Part shown: in pieces, positions 25,401-39,900 of the stretch | Position numbering within the stretch: position 1 is the stretch's first letter | How the letters are laid out: each line of letters opens with the position of its first letter | Assembly: GCF_001194135.2 (NCBI RefSeq) | Contig: NC_068999.1 | Coordinates: 26,266,957 to 26,330,956, forward strand | Length of the DNA: 64,000 nt | Reading direction: 5' to 3' | Source of the DNA: Octopus bimaculoides | Taxonomy: Eukaryota | Notes under the pieces: generated by a model | Seen by the model: only the letters and a program-made list of their open reading frames with translations | What the model was told of the DNA's origin: nothing | The model's database searches: none | Position numbers and translations under genes: made by a program

Positions 25401-28400
25401 TTCCCAGCAAAGAGAAGGCGTGGACGGTATGTCAATGGCTGCTTGGAGGCACAACTACGAGAATTGAAGGAAGGAAAAAAAGTAAACCAAGAAATCATAT
25501 ATAATGATTTTGAATAAAAAGTTACTTTTTGAAAATATCAAAATATTGTATGACACACAATAAGTTTAAGATAGAGAAGTTACATAAAATTAATCAAAAT
25601 CAAATCAAGACACACACAAATGCTGGCTTAACCTACTTTCAATGAGTTACGATAATTAATATTCAATTTGAAATATTTAGATTTAGATATTTTCCATTAC
25701 CTTTGAAAATCCAAGTAAGATTCTGTAATTTTTTCAGGAACAAAATTTCGAGGCTTTCTACCACGTTGACGAGGGGCTTCATATATACATGGACCTTCTT
25801 CATCTTCAAACCAGTAATCGGTAGCTTCATCTACTTTAGCTGATTTCTCACAGGAACCTAAAAGTGTTTGAAAGTTGCCTTTTCTTTTTTAACAATTATT
25901 AAGCAAAAACATATAGCTATGCACAAAAAGTACACAGCAGAACTTATATAATAACATAAGAAAATGCATATTCTAATGAAAGTAATTTTTATGAAACTTA
26001 ACAGTAGGCATCTACAGCAGACCCTAACCATTTGGTTTGATCAACAGGAACGACTTCGTAGGTCTTCCAAGATCACCAAGGTCAATATTCTTCTTCAACG
26101 ATTGCAAGCTAACAGTTGTGGGAAAACACATTTTGAGAAGTTGCTGATGTGTAACAGGATGTAAAGGGGAACAAAACCAAGTTCTGGGCACACCAAAGTA
26201 GATGGAGCACAAGTCAGAGGGAAGATTCGTCATGTGCCACAATGTAAAGTCAATGATAGCCTAATATATACATATATAGACACAGAAGCAAGATACAGGT
26301 TCCTGCCTGACCAGCTCCCTGTCAAACAGTCCAACCTATGCTAGCATGGAAGGAGGGTACTAAACGATGATGACGATATACATACATAAATACATAGAGG
26401 AGAAGAAGGGTGGTAGCAGCAGTTAGAAAGCATAAAGTTGTATTCTATTAGTGTGGTGAAGGTAAAAAAAAATTTTTTTAAAGACATCTACCGAAAAATT
26501 CATCAAAATATAACAGATTTCTTTTCTTTTCTTTTCTTTCAGCAGTAAAGAAATTTTTTTTAAACGGGGTCTACTGATGTTATGCTATAAATATTATCTA
26601 GTTTTCAGAAATAGATATTTTAAATATATATTTCTCTTGCAGTATTTCCAATGATGAATAAATTTCTGTATAAAATGTTTTCAGCTACACCACATGACTT
26701 AATTTTCCAAATATAAAGTTTTGATCCCTTGAGTATAATCATATTTCATAATACTTAAGTTTTTATTCATTCTATTATTCGTTTTATTACAATATACTAA
26801 AAATCTGATAATGCATTAAAAAATTATTATATTGAAGTGAACTGTATTATATATTACATCTATAAGCTAACAAAATTATTTTTTTCAGTATTTATTCTGT
26901 ATTGCTGAAATTATATAAAAATTTGAAACACTAGTCAAAACAGATAAGCATATTATGTCATTTTAAACTCATAGGTTTGAAAGGAGAAATAATTCATAAG
27001 AATGTTTTTGATAAAAATTCGAAGAAATTCAATTGTATAGAAATCTTTCTTAGTAAATAGAGAGAAATACTACTTAAACAAAGAGAGAAATACTACTGCA
27101 AAAAATTTAACCAATGCCAATATAAAGAGGAAGATAATAATAATGCTGATAAACATCATAAAGAGAACATATACAGATACAAGGAAATATGATTAAATTT
27201 CAAACAGAAAAATTATTGAATTACCTTTCAATGTAAGACTATGACTCTGAGATAAATCATTGGGAAAAATTATCTCCAATATTGAAAGTGCCTTGGTGTA
27301 GATGTTTTCAAGAAGTGGTCTCACAAGTTTGGATAATGGATGTCTTGGAGTTGAATTAGAACGCTGTGCAGTGGGAACAATTACTTTCATTCCTCGATAA
27401 AAATCAATTCCAGAGATGTGTATTGATGAAACATCTAACTGGAGTTTTTCTGAGGAATTGTAAATCTGAGGATACCTTCTTCTTAAAGCCATCAAAGCAG
27501 CTTCTGTACATAATGCTTTGATATCAGCACCACAATAGCCTACAACAAAAAAATTAAATAAGGAATACAAATTTTTTCAAACAAATCTCAAATTTTGTTA
27601 ATTTAATTTGGAGTTCTGTTGGTTTTAATATGTTGGGAAAATGTGGGTAAAGATAGCCAGTGAGGTCTCAAAATGAAGGATTAAGCAAAATATTAGATGC
27701 ATGGCTTGTGTTGTGGGGAAACAACTAGAATAAAAACTTAGATTATTATGGATCTTGGAAGAGGTATTATACTGAGTGCTATCCCTGCAGAAGACATTAT
27801 AGAGAAAAGAAACAGTGAAACAGAACCAAATTGATGATTGAATCATTGCCAATCAGCCAAATGGTCTTCCAATGGTGTAGAATATGCTTACAAGCAACAA
27901 CACCATCCCAAGTACAAGAACAGTCCTTTAATGTGGGTTACACATGAGATTTGTAGACAGTCAACTGTATTTACTGACACTGAGATGCAGTCTGACAATG
28001 TCATACATATGTGATAAGAAATAACAGCAAGTAGGTCTTCCATATGCAGAATGGAAAGTGTTGGAGACATAACCAAACTCTGAAATAGAAAAAAAAACAC
28101 TCAAGGAGATAAGGGAAGGGATTTTACAACTGCCTCTATTACTGTTGAGATGTTATTGTTCAGTTTCCAAGTCAGCTCTCTTTGCACAGATATGATCAAA
28201 GACCATACCAACATTTTAAGAGGAATTTAGGACTAAGTCCTTTAAAACAGTCCCCATTTTTGAATGGAGAAAGCAAACCTAACATGCCATTCAGTTTAAC
28301 AACACCTTGGATGCAATTCTGCTGCAAGCACTGATACACCATTAAGACTGTAACCGAGTTAAGATTTGGTTGCTATTTTTAGTAGGTTGAACAACCATGT

Positions 28401-30896
28401 GGAGCCTCCATTGATAAGTCAGCTGTTCGAATTGTGAGAGGTTGCTCCTTTTTGGGAATAAGGTGTACAGTAATGTTTCCATAGATTAAGACGGCTTTCT
28501 CTCTCTCTCTCAACAGCAATCTGCATTAATCTGAAACCTGGTTACATTTTCAGAGACAAGAAATCTATAGGCCAACTAAACGGGTGCCATGATACAAAGC
28601 AAGGTACTAAAACAACTGCTTGTGTTCAAGATGTGGCAATAGATAAACTTCAAGGAACCAGGAAGATTTCCAAAATAGAAGTCTTTGTTGCTGATATACA
28701 AGTGAGTAGTAGAGAAAGAAAATTCTGCACGAATACTACTTTTTGAAAAGAGATTGAAATGAATAGTACAGCTTGGATTACTGTAGATAATTAGAGAGAA
28801 AGAACTGAGTGGTTTGTATATCAGTTTCTTGTTATTTCTTGTAAATTTTGACATAGTTTAGAATAAAGTGGCTGTTTGGTGGAAGAAAGGAAGAAGAAAC
28901 ACAGGCTCAGGATTCACTGTTAGTTGTTACGGAAATATCTATTCTTAGCCCAAATAAAAATCAATAGTCTCAGGTCAGGCTCTCAAAGTCCTTCAATTAT
29001 TGAGGAGGGATACACATTTTTAACTGGAGGAGAGGAAGATACAGAATTATATTCCCAGGTGATAAGGAAGAATTTCAAAGCATTACTGACAGGTTTAGCC
29101 TCCTGTACTAAGTGACACCAGCTTTCTGCTGGGAAATATTTTCCACAGCTTCTCCTGACAATTCAATGAAGAATTCAGAGGAAGATGCAATTCAAACAGA
29201 AGTATCAAGAAACTGTTTATCATCGAACCAAGCTTTTGGTAGGAGTGCTTGCAGCAGAATAGCATCTAAACAAGGACTGGTATTTTATCAAGACACCAGC
29301 ACTTGATGAAGTTTCAGTACTTTAGTGAGGTAACTTTCATTGCAGAGCGACCAATCTTTTATATGTTTCTCCAAGTAGATTACTGTTTTGTAAGCTGACC
29401 AGAATGCATTATGTAACTTTGATGCATTCTGGTTAATTATTTTTGTTGAGAAAAGTTCAATAGCAGAAAGAATAGAGTCAGATGTCTATATTTTCAGACT
29501 TTTGCAATGAAAATTTGTTTTATTATCATCCCCACATAAAGAGTTGGGGATCTAATGGAGAATAAAAAAATTGGTTATAGCTATGAATGAAAGAATAAAC
29601 TTTTGAAACAGGTATCAAAAGTGTGATACAGTATTGCAGTGAAATAAGCTCATTAGATTAGAGGAGAGAGAGACAAGTAGAATATGGTCTGTTGAATACA
29701 TTATCTGATTATATCCAGTGAGATGCTAATCTAAGTGACACATGGTGTGAAAATACACTGCAAGAGAGTACTAGAATATATTTGAAAGAAATAGTAAGAT
29801 TAGGAAGAAAAGACTTACAGAAAAGATGCAACAGAATATGTGATAACTTATTAAAGTATTTTGTTTCTTTTATTTAAAACTTCTAAAAGTAGAAATTCAA
29901 GATAAAATAATTAAAAAAAGAATATAAGTATTGGAAATTCAAATAACTTTCTGTTAAATCACATCAAACTTACCAACACACTTTCGAGCAATTTCCTCAA
30001 GAAATGCATCTGATAGCTTAGGGTTCCAATCTTTAGTGATGATAGAGAAAATCTGGGACCGAGCCTAAAATGTTCAAAATAACAATAATACAATTTAATA
30101 TTCATAAATTTATAGGTACAATTTAAATTGCATTAATCTTATGGACTATATTGAAACTGTTTTCCTTACAACCAAGCTATCAACATTCACTAGGTTCTTT
30201 CATCTCTTGTTCATTGTTTCCTCTTCCCATTTTGAATGTAACAATACATTTGGCAGATATTTTATAATTATTAATTCTCAGGAAGGCAATTTCATGACAA
30301 ACATAGAGGCACTTGTCAAAGGGAGATACCAAAAGTTGTTCAGTGACTTGATGGTGCAAGTAGGTTCTCAAGAAACCAAGTAAACATTCCAACTTTTATC
30401 TTAATTAGTGATGCTTCATCTGCTTCAACAAGTTCTTCATTTCCATTCTTTCATGCCTTATAGAAATCATTAGCTCCTTTGTACAGGAAAAATTCCCCGA
30501 AAAGGCATCCATTCCAAAAGTCTCAGAGCAGAGCATCTGCTAAATAACAGCTTCACATTATAAACAATATCAAAATATCTTCAGTCTTAGATGAGATACT
30601 AGCAATGAGTCAAGGAAGTTGAAACCCTGACCTGTTAATTACATTTTCAAATCTGTTTATAACCATTAATGAACCTTATTAATTCATTAGCAATGATAGT
30701 ACACCAGTTTTTAAAAATTCATCATAAAAGGGAAATAAGTTTGATAAATTTCATCTTTCAGTCATCAGCTATGTGAATATAATCTTAATGCAGGATTCAA
30801 ACAAGGATCGATTATTTCTGAACTAAAACCAGTACACTCAAATTGAGCAAGTGAGAGAGAAAGGTTATATACATACATACACACACACACACACAA

Positions 30897-30935
<39 letters not shown>

Positions 30936-30957
30936 CATGTGTGTGTGTATGTGTGTA

Positions 30958-30996
<39 letters not shown>

Positions 30997-33900
30997 CATC
31001 ATCATCATCGTTTAACGTCAGCTTTCCATGCTAGCATGGGTTCGACAATTTGACTGAGGACTGGCAAGTCAGAAGGCTGCACCAGGCTCCAATCTGATCT
31101 GGCAGAGTTTCTATAGTTGGATGCCCTTCCTAGTGCCAACCATTCCAAAAGTGTAGTGGGTGCTTTTACGTGCCACCGGCACGAGGGCCAGTCACACGGT
31201 ACTGGCAACGGCCACGTTCAAAATGGTGTTTTTTACGTGCCACCTGCACAGGAGCCAGTCCAGCAGCACTGGCAATGACCTCGCTCGAATGATTTTCCAA
31301 CGTGCCACTAGCACAAGTGCTAGAGGCCAACGCTGATAACGATTACGCACAAATGGTGCTATTTACGGGCCACTAGCACGGAAGCCAGACAGCTGCTCTG
31401 GCAATGAACACGCTTAACAGTGCTGTTAGTGCTCCACTGGCGCAGGTGCCAGTCATCGAGTATGGTTCAATTACGATTTCACTTGATCCAACAGGTCTTC
31501 GCAAGCAGAGTTTAGTGTCCAATGAAGGAGAGGTTTGCATGGGTGCTAGTCGTCGGATTCGGTTCGATTTCGATTTCAGATTTCAAATTTCAAATTCCAA
31601 AATCACTTGCCTCATCAAGTCTTCGCAAGCAGGGTTTTTAGTGTCCAATGAAGTAAAGATACGAATTAGTGAGCTGGCTACACTTCTGGCAGAGGGCACA
31701 GATTATGCTCTCACTTGGCTTGCCAGGTCTTCTCACGTACTGCATATTTCCAAAGGTCCAGGTCACTGGTCATTGCCTCAGTGAGGTGTTAGAATCCTCA
31801 TGAGAAGCAAAAAGTTTGGGAATACTTCTTAATGTGTGTCAATTACCTATGGTTGAAATTTCATCAACATCAGAAATTTATGCATTTTCATGGGGGGTTC
31901 TGCCCCCTTTAAGCCACCTCAAATCGAAACCAAACATACTGCATTATACTCGCCCTTATGTATTGAATCAAAGTTCTAAGTATCATAAGGATCCATTCAT
32001 GAAATTGTAAGAAACATACAGCATTACCCTTTTCCCTAAGCTTGGATTTTGTGTTCCAAATTTCATTAGGATCGGTGTAGTAGTTTTCGAATCTATAAGT
32101 AACACACGAATACACATAAAGACATTGACTTTTATATAATAGATATGAATATGCACATATACATACATGTATGTGAGTGTTGTGTGTATGTGTGTGTGTA
32201 TATATATATATATATATACACACACACAATTGAGAGGGCAAAAAAATATGAGACACTGCCTTCAAGAATTTTTTGTCAAATGAATCAACTCCAGTGTTTT
32301 ATTTTTATTTTGATATGTCTGCAGCTGACTGGTTTAGCTGTTGTTTCAGTACCCAGTCAAAGTGCTGCTGCCACTGTGTGAGGCAGCTCCTCCCAGGACG
32401 GAAGCCATGTTGCATGTTTGTTATAAGGTTTTTCTCTTCTAGGAACATGATCAGCCCTTTTCTGACAATGTGTTCCATTGTCTTACTAACATGTGAGGTC
32501 AGAGAGATGGACCTGTAGTTTTTAGCATCTGCTCTGCTTCTTCCTTTATGGACAGGGCATATTATACCCCCTTTTAGCATGTTGGGAAGTTTACCACATG
32601 CAAGTAACTGAAAGAGTATCTGCAGTGGCTTTGCAAGAGCCTTTTTACATGTCTTTAAGAGAACAGCTGGGAGTCAATCTGGGCCCGTTGTTGAGTGTGA
32701 TCTCATCTCATCACATGAATAACTGATATTACATCCTCTTCTGTTACATTGATGTAATCGATGGTTGCCACTTTTCTGAATAGATCCATTACATTGAAAA
32801 ACTCCTTTGGCTTGTTTATTTAGTGCTTCACTTATCTTCCTTGAGGTATGTAGATAACATCTTCATACTTGGGCCAAATAGTGACCCTATCTTATAGCGT
32901 ACTGAGGCAGACTCCTTTGCCTAGGTTTCTCTTTCTTCTCTTTTTTTTTTTTCATGGGAAATTTTGAGCTTATTTTCTATCTCGAAGAGTTCCTTTGTCA
33001 GGTGGGATTTCACACTGTCATTAAAGTGTTTGTTTAAACGATTCGAGATCTTTATTCTCCGCCACATGAGTATTCTCCTGCCTCAGGGAATGATCTTTTT
33101 GTGTGTATTAGCTCCCTTCTCTGGGACATATTTAATGTATGTGGCTCACATTATTGACATGAATTTATTGAGTTTATTTATGTCTTGCATAACGAGGCTT
33201 TATGCCCGTCCTGCTGGAGTATCTTTTTATCAAGTGACTTCCACTCAGCCATACAGAAATTTAGGCTCTACTGGGTTTGAGCGCCACCTGTGCAGAGTTT
33301 ATCTTTAGTTAATTCAGGGCCATACATTGTCAGTTCTATCATGCTATGGTCTGAGAATATTATTGGTGGTATATCTATGTTGTGGATAATTTCCACATTG
33401 TTTGTAAAACAGAGGTCCAGGATATTTTTGTGTCTGGGTGGAGAGAGTATGATCTGCTCCATGAATAGCATTTTCATAAGATCAAGTAGAGATCCTGCTT
33501 GATTTTGCTCTTTGTGCATCATTCCTGGAGTTATATTGCCCTCAGGTCACCTGATGTTGGGGAAGTTGAAGTCACCCATCAGGAATATAGTAGTACGTTG
33601 ATCCAATTCTGTTAGTACTTCCTTTATCACACTGAGGCTTTTCTCATTGTTTTAACATCCACTTCTTACTTGCATGGGTCATTTAATAATGTTCTTGAAA
33701 TTTGGGATCAAACTCTTTATTGAATCCGCATAAGTATATTTTTTCATTCAATAGATGTTTTCTTTATTATTCTTTTGATATTGCTAAAATATAAAGCTTG
33801 AACAAGAGTACTTGTTGCTTGACTCACTAAACTCACATGTACTAAGCAAATAAAATACTAAACTTGACGCTTAAATTCACTATTTCATGAGGCAATTAGA

Positions 33901-36900
33901 TAGTGGGAATTAGGAACTTCAAATTTTCTAAATTTTATTTTGTCATAGGTTTAATGGTCTTTCTTTCTTAATTAAAAACTCCTATATGATGCCTAAACCC
34001 AGTGGCACTGCTCATTCTTTCAGCCATCTTATCTTCTATTGTTTTTCCTTATCTTGACTTTGTTCCACAACAGTTGGTGACTTCCCTTCACTCTCAACAA
34101 ATTATCAGTCATGCCTGATGTTTTGTCTCTCCACGAATTAAACTTCTACAATGTTCCTGGAACCCAAATTTTCAGGGAGTGATGTTCTTACTTTTATATT
34201 CACTGTCATAACTGTAAAAGATGCAATACACAGTTCTTGTCAAAATCTCTTACTGACAAGGGCTTTGTTCAGGAATATGTTCCAGTAAGTCTCAGTCCTA
34301 TATAAAATATTCTGCCTACATTAAAGGTGCTCTGATTCATTCCAACCAGATGTTGAGTTTGTACATGATAAGCCTATTCATCACATGAGGCTCTATTGGT
34401 GGTAGAGATAAACTGAAATTGGATCCTTCAAGTGGAGAATTTAGCAATATCCTGATAGATAACCTAATGGAGATATTGAAACTGCATACAAATAACATAC
34501 TTCCAAATGGGGTCTGTAGTTTAACCCTTTCTATCAACAGGAAAGTTTAAACTACAGATTCATCATTATCTCCAGTGATGGCATGCATATACATGGAATA
34601 CTTTGAGGAAATGGGTTTAAACAACTTCATACTTGGGCCTCATCAGGAAGAAGCACAAAGTACTACTGAATCATGTAAACTGTCAATACAATTCACTACA
34701 GAAAAGGAAAAAGGACGTGCAAATAACCAACACAGAGTGTGGATTCACAATATCCATATATCATAAGACCACATTCACTGGATCATATTTGGAACTTTGG
34801 TTCCTACCACCTATAGAACATGAAGAAAGTGATCATCTACAGCTCACATCAAACAAAATTTGTATGTGAAAATTCAGATTCATACCAACAAGAGATCAGG
34901 ATCAGAAAGACCCTTTCAGAATAATTATTTTGCAAGCATAGTATTTGTTTCTAAAAGCAAAGTTATAAGGGTCAAAAATATTAATCAAAATACAGCTACA
35001 ATCTGTCTCTCTTACCTTAGAAGAATGTCAGGAAAAAATTTAGATCTGGGATCCATACAATATCAAGACAGTATTTAAAAGTGGATCTTTCCTTAGAGAC
35101 ATTTCCCCTAAACAAAGTCTACATCAGAAGAGCTCCATGATCAAGAACTGTGTATTTCAGCCTTTGCAGTTGTGGTAAAAATCACCCAGTAAAATTTAAG
35201 CTAAATGTATTCTGAGTGAAACAGAATACATTGAACTAACAACATCACAAGCAAGAGAATAATGAAGAGAATATCCACGATATTGACAACAGTTTGAGAA
35301 CCATCTGCCTCCATGGATTTAATAAAGGGTTCAGTTCCAAATTCTGAAAATGTTACTGAATGTGACAGGCACCAGACAAAGGTCCGAAAGTATAATGGCT
35401 AAAACATTATGATTATAACAACCAAGATGAAGAAAACTAATCTGAATGTATCAGTGTATAATAAAAAGATATATCAAACTGTAATGAATGGTAACTGCTT
35501 ACAATGAATTAAGATTCAGTCAAGTAATCAACAATCAGACAAATCAAATATGAAAGAATTCAATATTAAACAGTTTCTTCTTTTTTTTTTTTTTGTAATG
35601 ACAGTCCTCAGCTAAACTACTATTTTTCTTCTAATCAGAAATTAAAATAAGGATTTTATCATGAACAGAAATGACAGGAAATCAAGACAACCCAGAAACT
35701 ACCTAGTGGCTAGCAGAATAGCAGAATAATTTTCTACTTGGATGGATAAGAAATATGGATGCTCCTCCTGGAAGGATACATTTTATCATGGTACTTGTTT
35801 ATGACAGATAAGATTGAGCTTAAGCCAATCTATCAGAAAAGAATTACCAAAAGGAAAGGAAATATCACCTGGAGATTTTGTTCACTGTCATTCTGAGGAC
35901 TATATGAATAAAGATGGGATTATATAGTGGATAACACTAAATGTGAAATAAAGGACCAGAGGCTCTTCTAAAGAAGAAATCACTGCTCATTGCACACAAG
36001 ACAGGAGAGATGAAAGACAAGGCCATGTCTATGAACACCAACTGGCCTTACATCTTTGCTACAACCTTTTGGAAGTAGTGCAGAGTAAAACCATTGAAGG
36101 AAAGATTGGTTGGACATAAATAATTTTGATTGTTTTCAGAATAAAAGGAACTAACAAAATGCAGTAACCTCACGAAGCCAACCATCTTGTAACATTGTAC
36201 ATAAAGACACTGGATGATCAAGTGGTAACAAAGAGTTTCTTGAAGACAAGAATATCAAATAGCATGGATAAACTGAATATAACCATTTGTGGACTGACAA
36301 TAAGAGACAACCAAGAACAGACGGAATGGAGGGCATGGATGGATGAGGGACGACTTTATGCCAACAGTGATGAAGAATTTAACAGATGCTTTTAAACTGC
36401 TTTTAAGTTTTATTTCTTCTTTGATATTATGATAAAGTTTACAGTCATCTATTATGTATGCAGTGGTTATTCTATAATCATGTTCATAATCCAATTTGTT
36501 TAATAAATGTGCTCAACAATGCAACTTGTTTAATTATCTAACTCCACCAATATCAGCAGATACAGAACATAATTTGGTTGGATCATACAATTTCATCCTC
36601 CATTGTAGATTTTGATTATAAAAGCTTGTACCAAATTTTCCATGCAAAATAAGGAGTGCAGCTTATACACAAGTAAAAACAATATGTTGAATATGAAAGT
36701 TGTTAAAAATAAGCTTACTTGTAAAGATGGCAGTGGGAAATGGAATTCTCTGTCAAATCTGCCTGGTCGTCTCAATGCTGGATCAATAGCATCAATCCGG
36801 TTAGTAGCACCAATGACAACTATCTCATCCCGGCTATCTAAACCATCCATTAAAGCAAGCAGAGTAGAAACGATAGAACTGTGAATTTGGTCTTGGCGAC

Positions 36901-39900
36901 TTGAACGAACTGGGGCAAGCCCATCAATCTCATCAAAAAATATAATAGATGGCCGAGTCTGATAAGCCTAAAAGAGATAAACTTTGATTGAGAAAATAAT
37001 GAAAACAAATATTTGATTAAAAAAACGTTAACTTTGAAAATATTTTATACCAAATTTTAAAAAAGAAAGGTTTCTTTTAGAAATCACTATTTCTTGAGGG
37101 GTTCAAATTGCAAAGCACAAACAAGATAATGAGAGAAAAAAAATATATCGAAAAATAAGATAGGTTGATAATGATTTATACCAACCTGATCAAATAATAA
37201 TCTTAGCTGACGTTCAGACTCCCCAACCCATTTACTGAGACAGTCAGCCCCTTTACGCATGTAGAAAGCCACTCTTCGATTTTCTGTGCTGCATTCATTA
37301 GCTAAAGCTCTAGCTACCAAAGTCTTTCCAGTACCTAAAATGAAAAAAAAAAAAATTCATAATATATCTTTCAAAAGACTATACTTCCAAGAGTTTGTCC
37401 TATAAAACTCGAATCATGTATTAATAAAAAAGAAACAGACGTTTAACATTAAGTCATAAAGTGCTCACCTGGTGGACCATAAAAGAGAACTCCTCGAGGT
37501 GGAGTAATTTTGAACTGCTCGAAGACTTCTGGATACAGAAGTGGGAAGACAATCATTTCTTTCAAGGCACTGATGTGCTTCTCTAAACCACCAATACTTT
37601 TGAAGTTAACCTATAGTAAATAATACAATAACAAACTGAAAATTATAGCAAGTACCTAAGATTTAGTTTGATCAAAATATATATACTTTTTTTTACATTG
37701 AGAGGTACTGTGTAAGAAAAGATCAGCTATTATTTTATCAATTGTATTGTGTCATTAAATTAGATTACTTTCTCAGCCAAAGTATCTATTGTTCAGCTTA
37801 AAAAAAGGTATCTCTGTAAAAATACTTGCTCCAACAATTCAAAGATAAATATTGTTTGTTAGCAACTTTTTTTTTTTAAGTTGATATAGAATGGATAGTT
37901 TAGCATAGTTCTATGGATGCTTACATTGATGAAACAGTCAAAGTGACTTAAGCAAAAACAGTAATAGACAATAAGCTCTTTTATGTACATGCAAAGATAC
38001 TCTTCAATTATTTGAGCTTTAACATGCAAACAATGTGATGTCTACACACATATATGAACTCTACTTTCCCTGCCACTCATCTCTCTCTCACCTAGATTTC
38101 AGGAACAAGTTTATTCTAGCCCAAAATCTCCTTTCTCATTACTCTAGATATACTTGCTGTCACTACCACTCTTTGAACTTTCTTCAAGCACAAGCAGGAT
38201 TCTGGATCACAGACATCTGCCCCAGGTCACTCCGCTCTGGAGTGACTCCTTGATGACTTCAATACTCATAATACTTCTTGGCAATTGCACTCCCTACAAT
38301 TAGTTTTATCCCCATGAATTTCTGGTACACAGGCAATTCCAAATACTGATTCCTTTCTCACTTCCAGACAACACCATCTCTGCCAATTGAATTGTCTAGA
38401 TTATCACAGTCATATACTATATAATATCTTTCTACCTCTTGGACCCTACAGCACATCAGATCAGCTCACTGCTTAGAGCTCTGCGGGTTCTCAGCCAAAT
38501 ATCACTGGCAGTGCTGAACCCATAGGAGACAGTTAAGCACTTGACTGAAACCATCCTCTTTATCCCACCCACCACATACACAACCAGAATACATAACCCA
38601 AATCAACTAGGTAGTTCACTTGTAGCTACAGCACAAGAACAAAAAAAAAAAACAAAAAAAAAAAAACACCACAACACCAGCAAGACCATCATTTGAAATG
38701 CAAAAGATGCTTTTATGCATTGTACAGGCCACAAGGCTTCCTATTAATAAACTGAAGCTAATACTGCTGATCCCTTGCAAAAGAGATCACAACCAAGTTA
38801 GCTGAATCCTCTGAATCCATACTTGCATCCAACTTAACATTGTCCACACAATACAAAATTCCTCTTTTTACTCTGCCAAGCTAACCGCCATGTATAGAAA
38901 CCATGTCGTGTGTGAAAGCACTTCCTGTCACTTCAAACTAACAATACCACAAATGCTGACAGAGTCCTTTCTATAACTGTCAATGTACCCTAAAACTAAC
39001 CCCTATCCATTCCGAACTGTTTAATCCCTCTATTTGCCAGGCTGTATCCTGATCTCTGTAAACATCATACAATGTATCCCATTCACTGAGAAACGTAATT
39101 TCTCTGACCTTGACAATTAGTATTTATTACTTCCATTGGAACACGCAAAGGGTGATAGATACAGTTGCTAATAGCCAGCTTTAACAACTTGAATCGTCTT
39201 CTTTATTAACCCCATAACTCTAGATGCCTTGCACTTAGAAAATTTAGTGAAAATGTTCTCCAGTGAAGGCATGTCAACCTTGTCTCTTCAACAGCTGATG
39301 ATAAAATCACATCACATCAAAACACAATCCTGTATACCATCATAGATAAATCAAAACTAAAATCCTAAAAGTTAAAACAAATGCTGAACCTTACAATTGC
39401 TAATGCTCTTTACTAGCAAACACAAAAACCTAGCATTCCTCTTCAGAACACCCAAAGCTCGTGTGAGCCTCAAAATGGAATATTAATTTTATATCTGGGG
39501 CAATGTTGTTGCTATACAAACACTTTAGTCTCTAGTTCACAGTTGTGCTATTCTCTCCTACTACTCCCAGTCATGTGACTACAATGAATTGTCTTTTCTT
39601 TTACCATCATGCCTTGGTAATTCATGAGGATACAGTATTTTCAAGAGATTAGAAGTAAGTGCCATAGGGCAAGTCTGTGACGAAAACGTCTGCAATCTAA
39701 TTTAGATTCTTATTTGGTGTCTTTTGGGCTACAAGCTTCAAGTTTAAACATGAATGTCACAACTTCCATACCCCACTCACAAATATCTCAAGCATTGTGC
39801 TTTTATTAATTTGTTCTATGACATGTAGTTCTATAAACAACTGCTTTTACAAAACCATCCCACATATGCAGGCATGGAAAAAAAAACTGATATAAAAATG

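Noticed and set aside
35640-36480. Possible L1/Tx1-like coding remnant
   Set aside because: No diagnostic motif could be read, so it is left unclassified.
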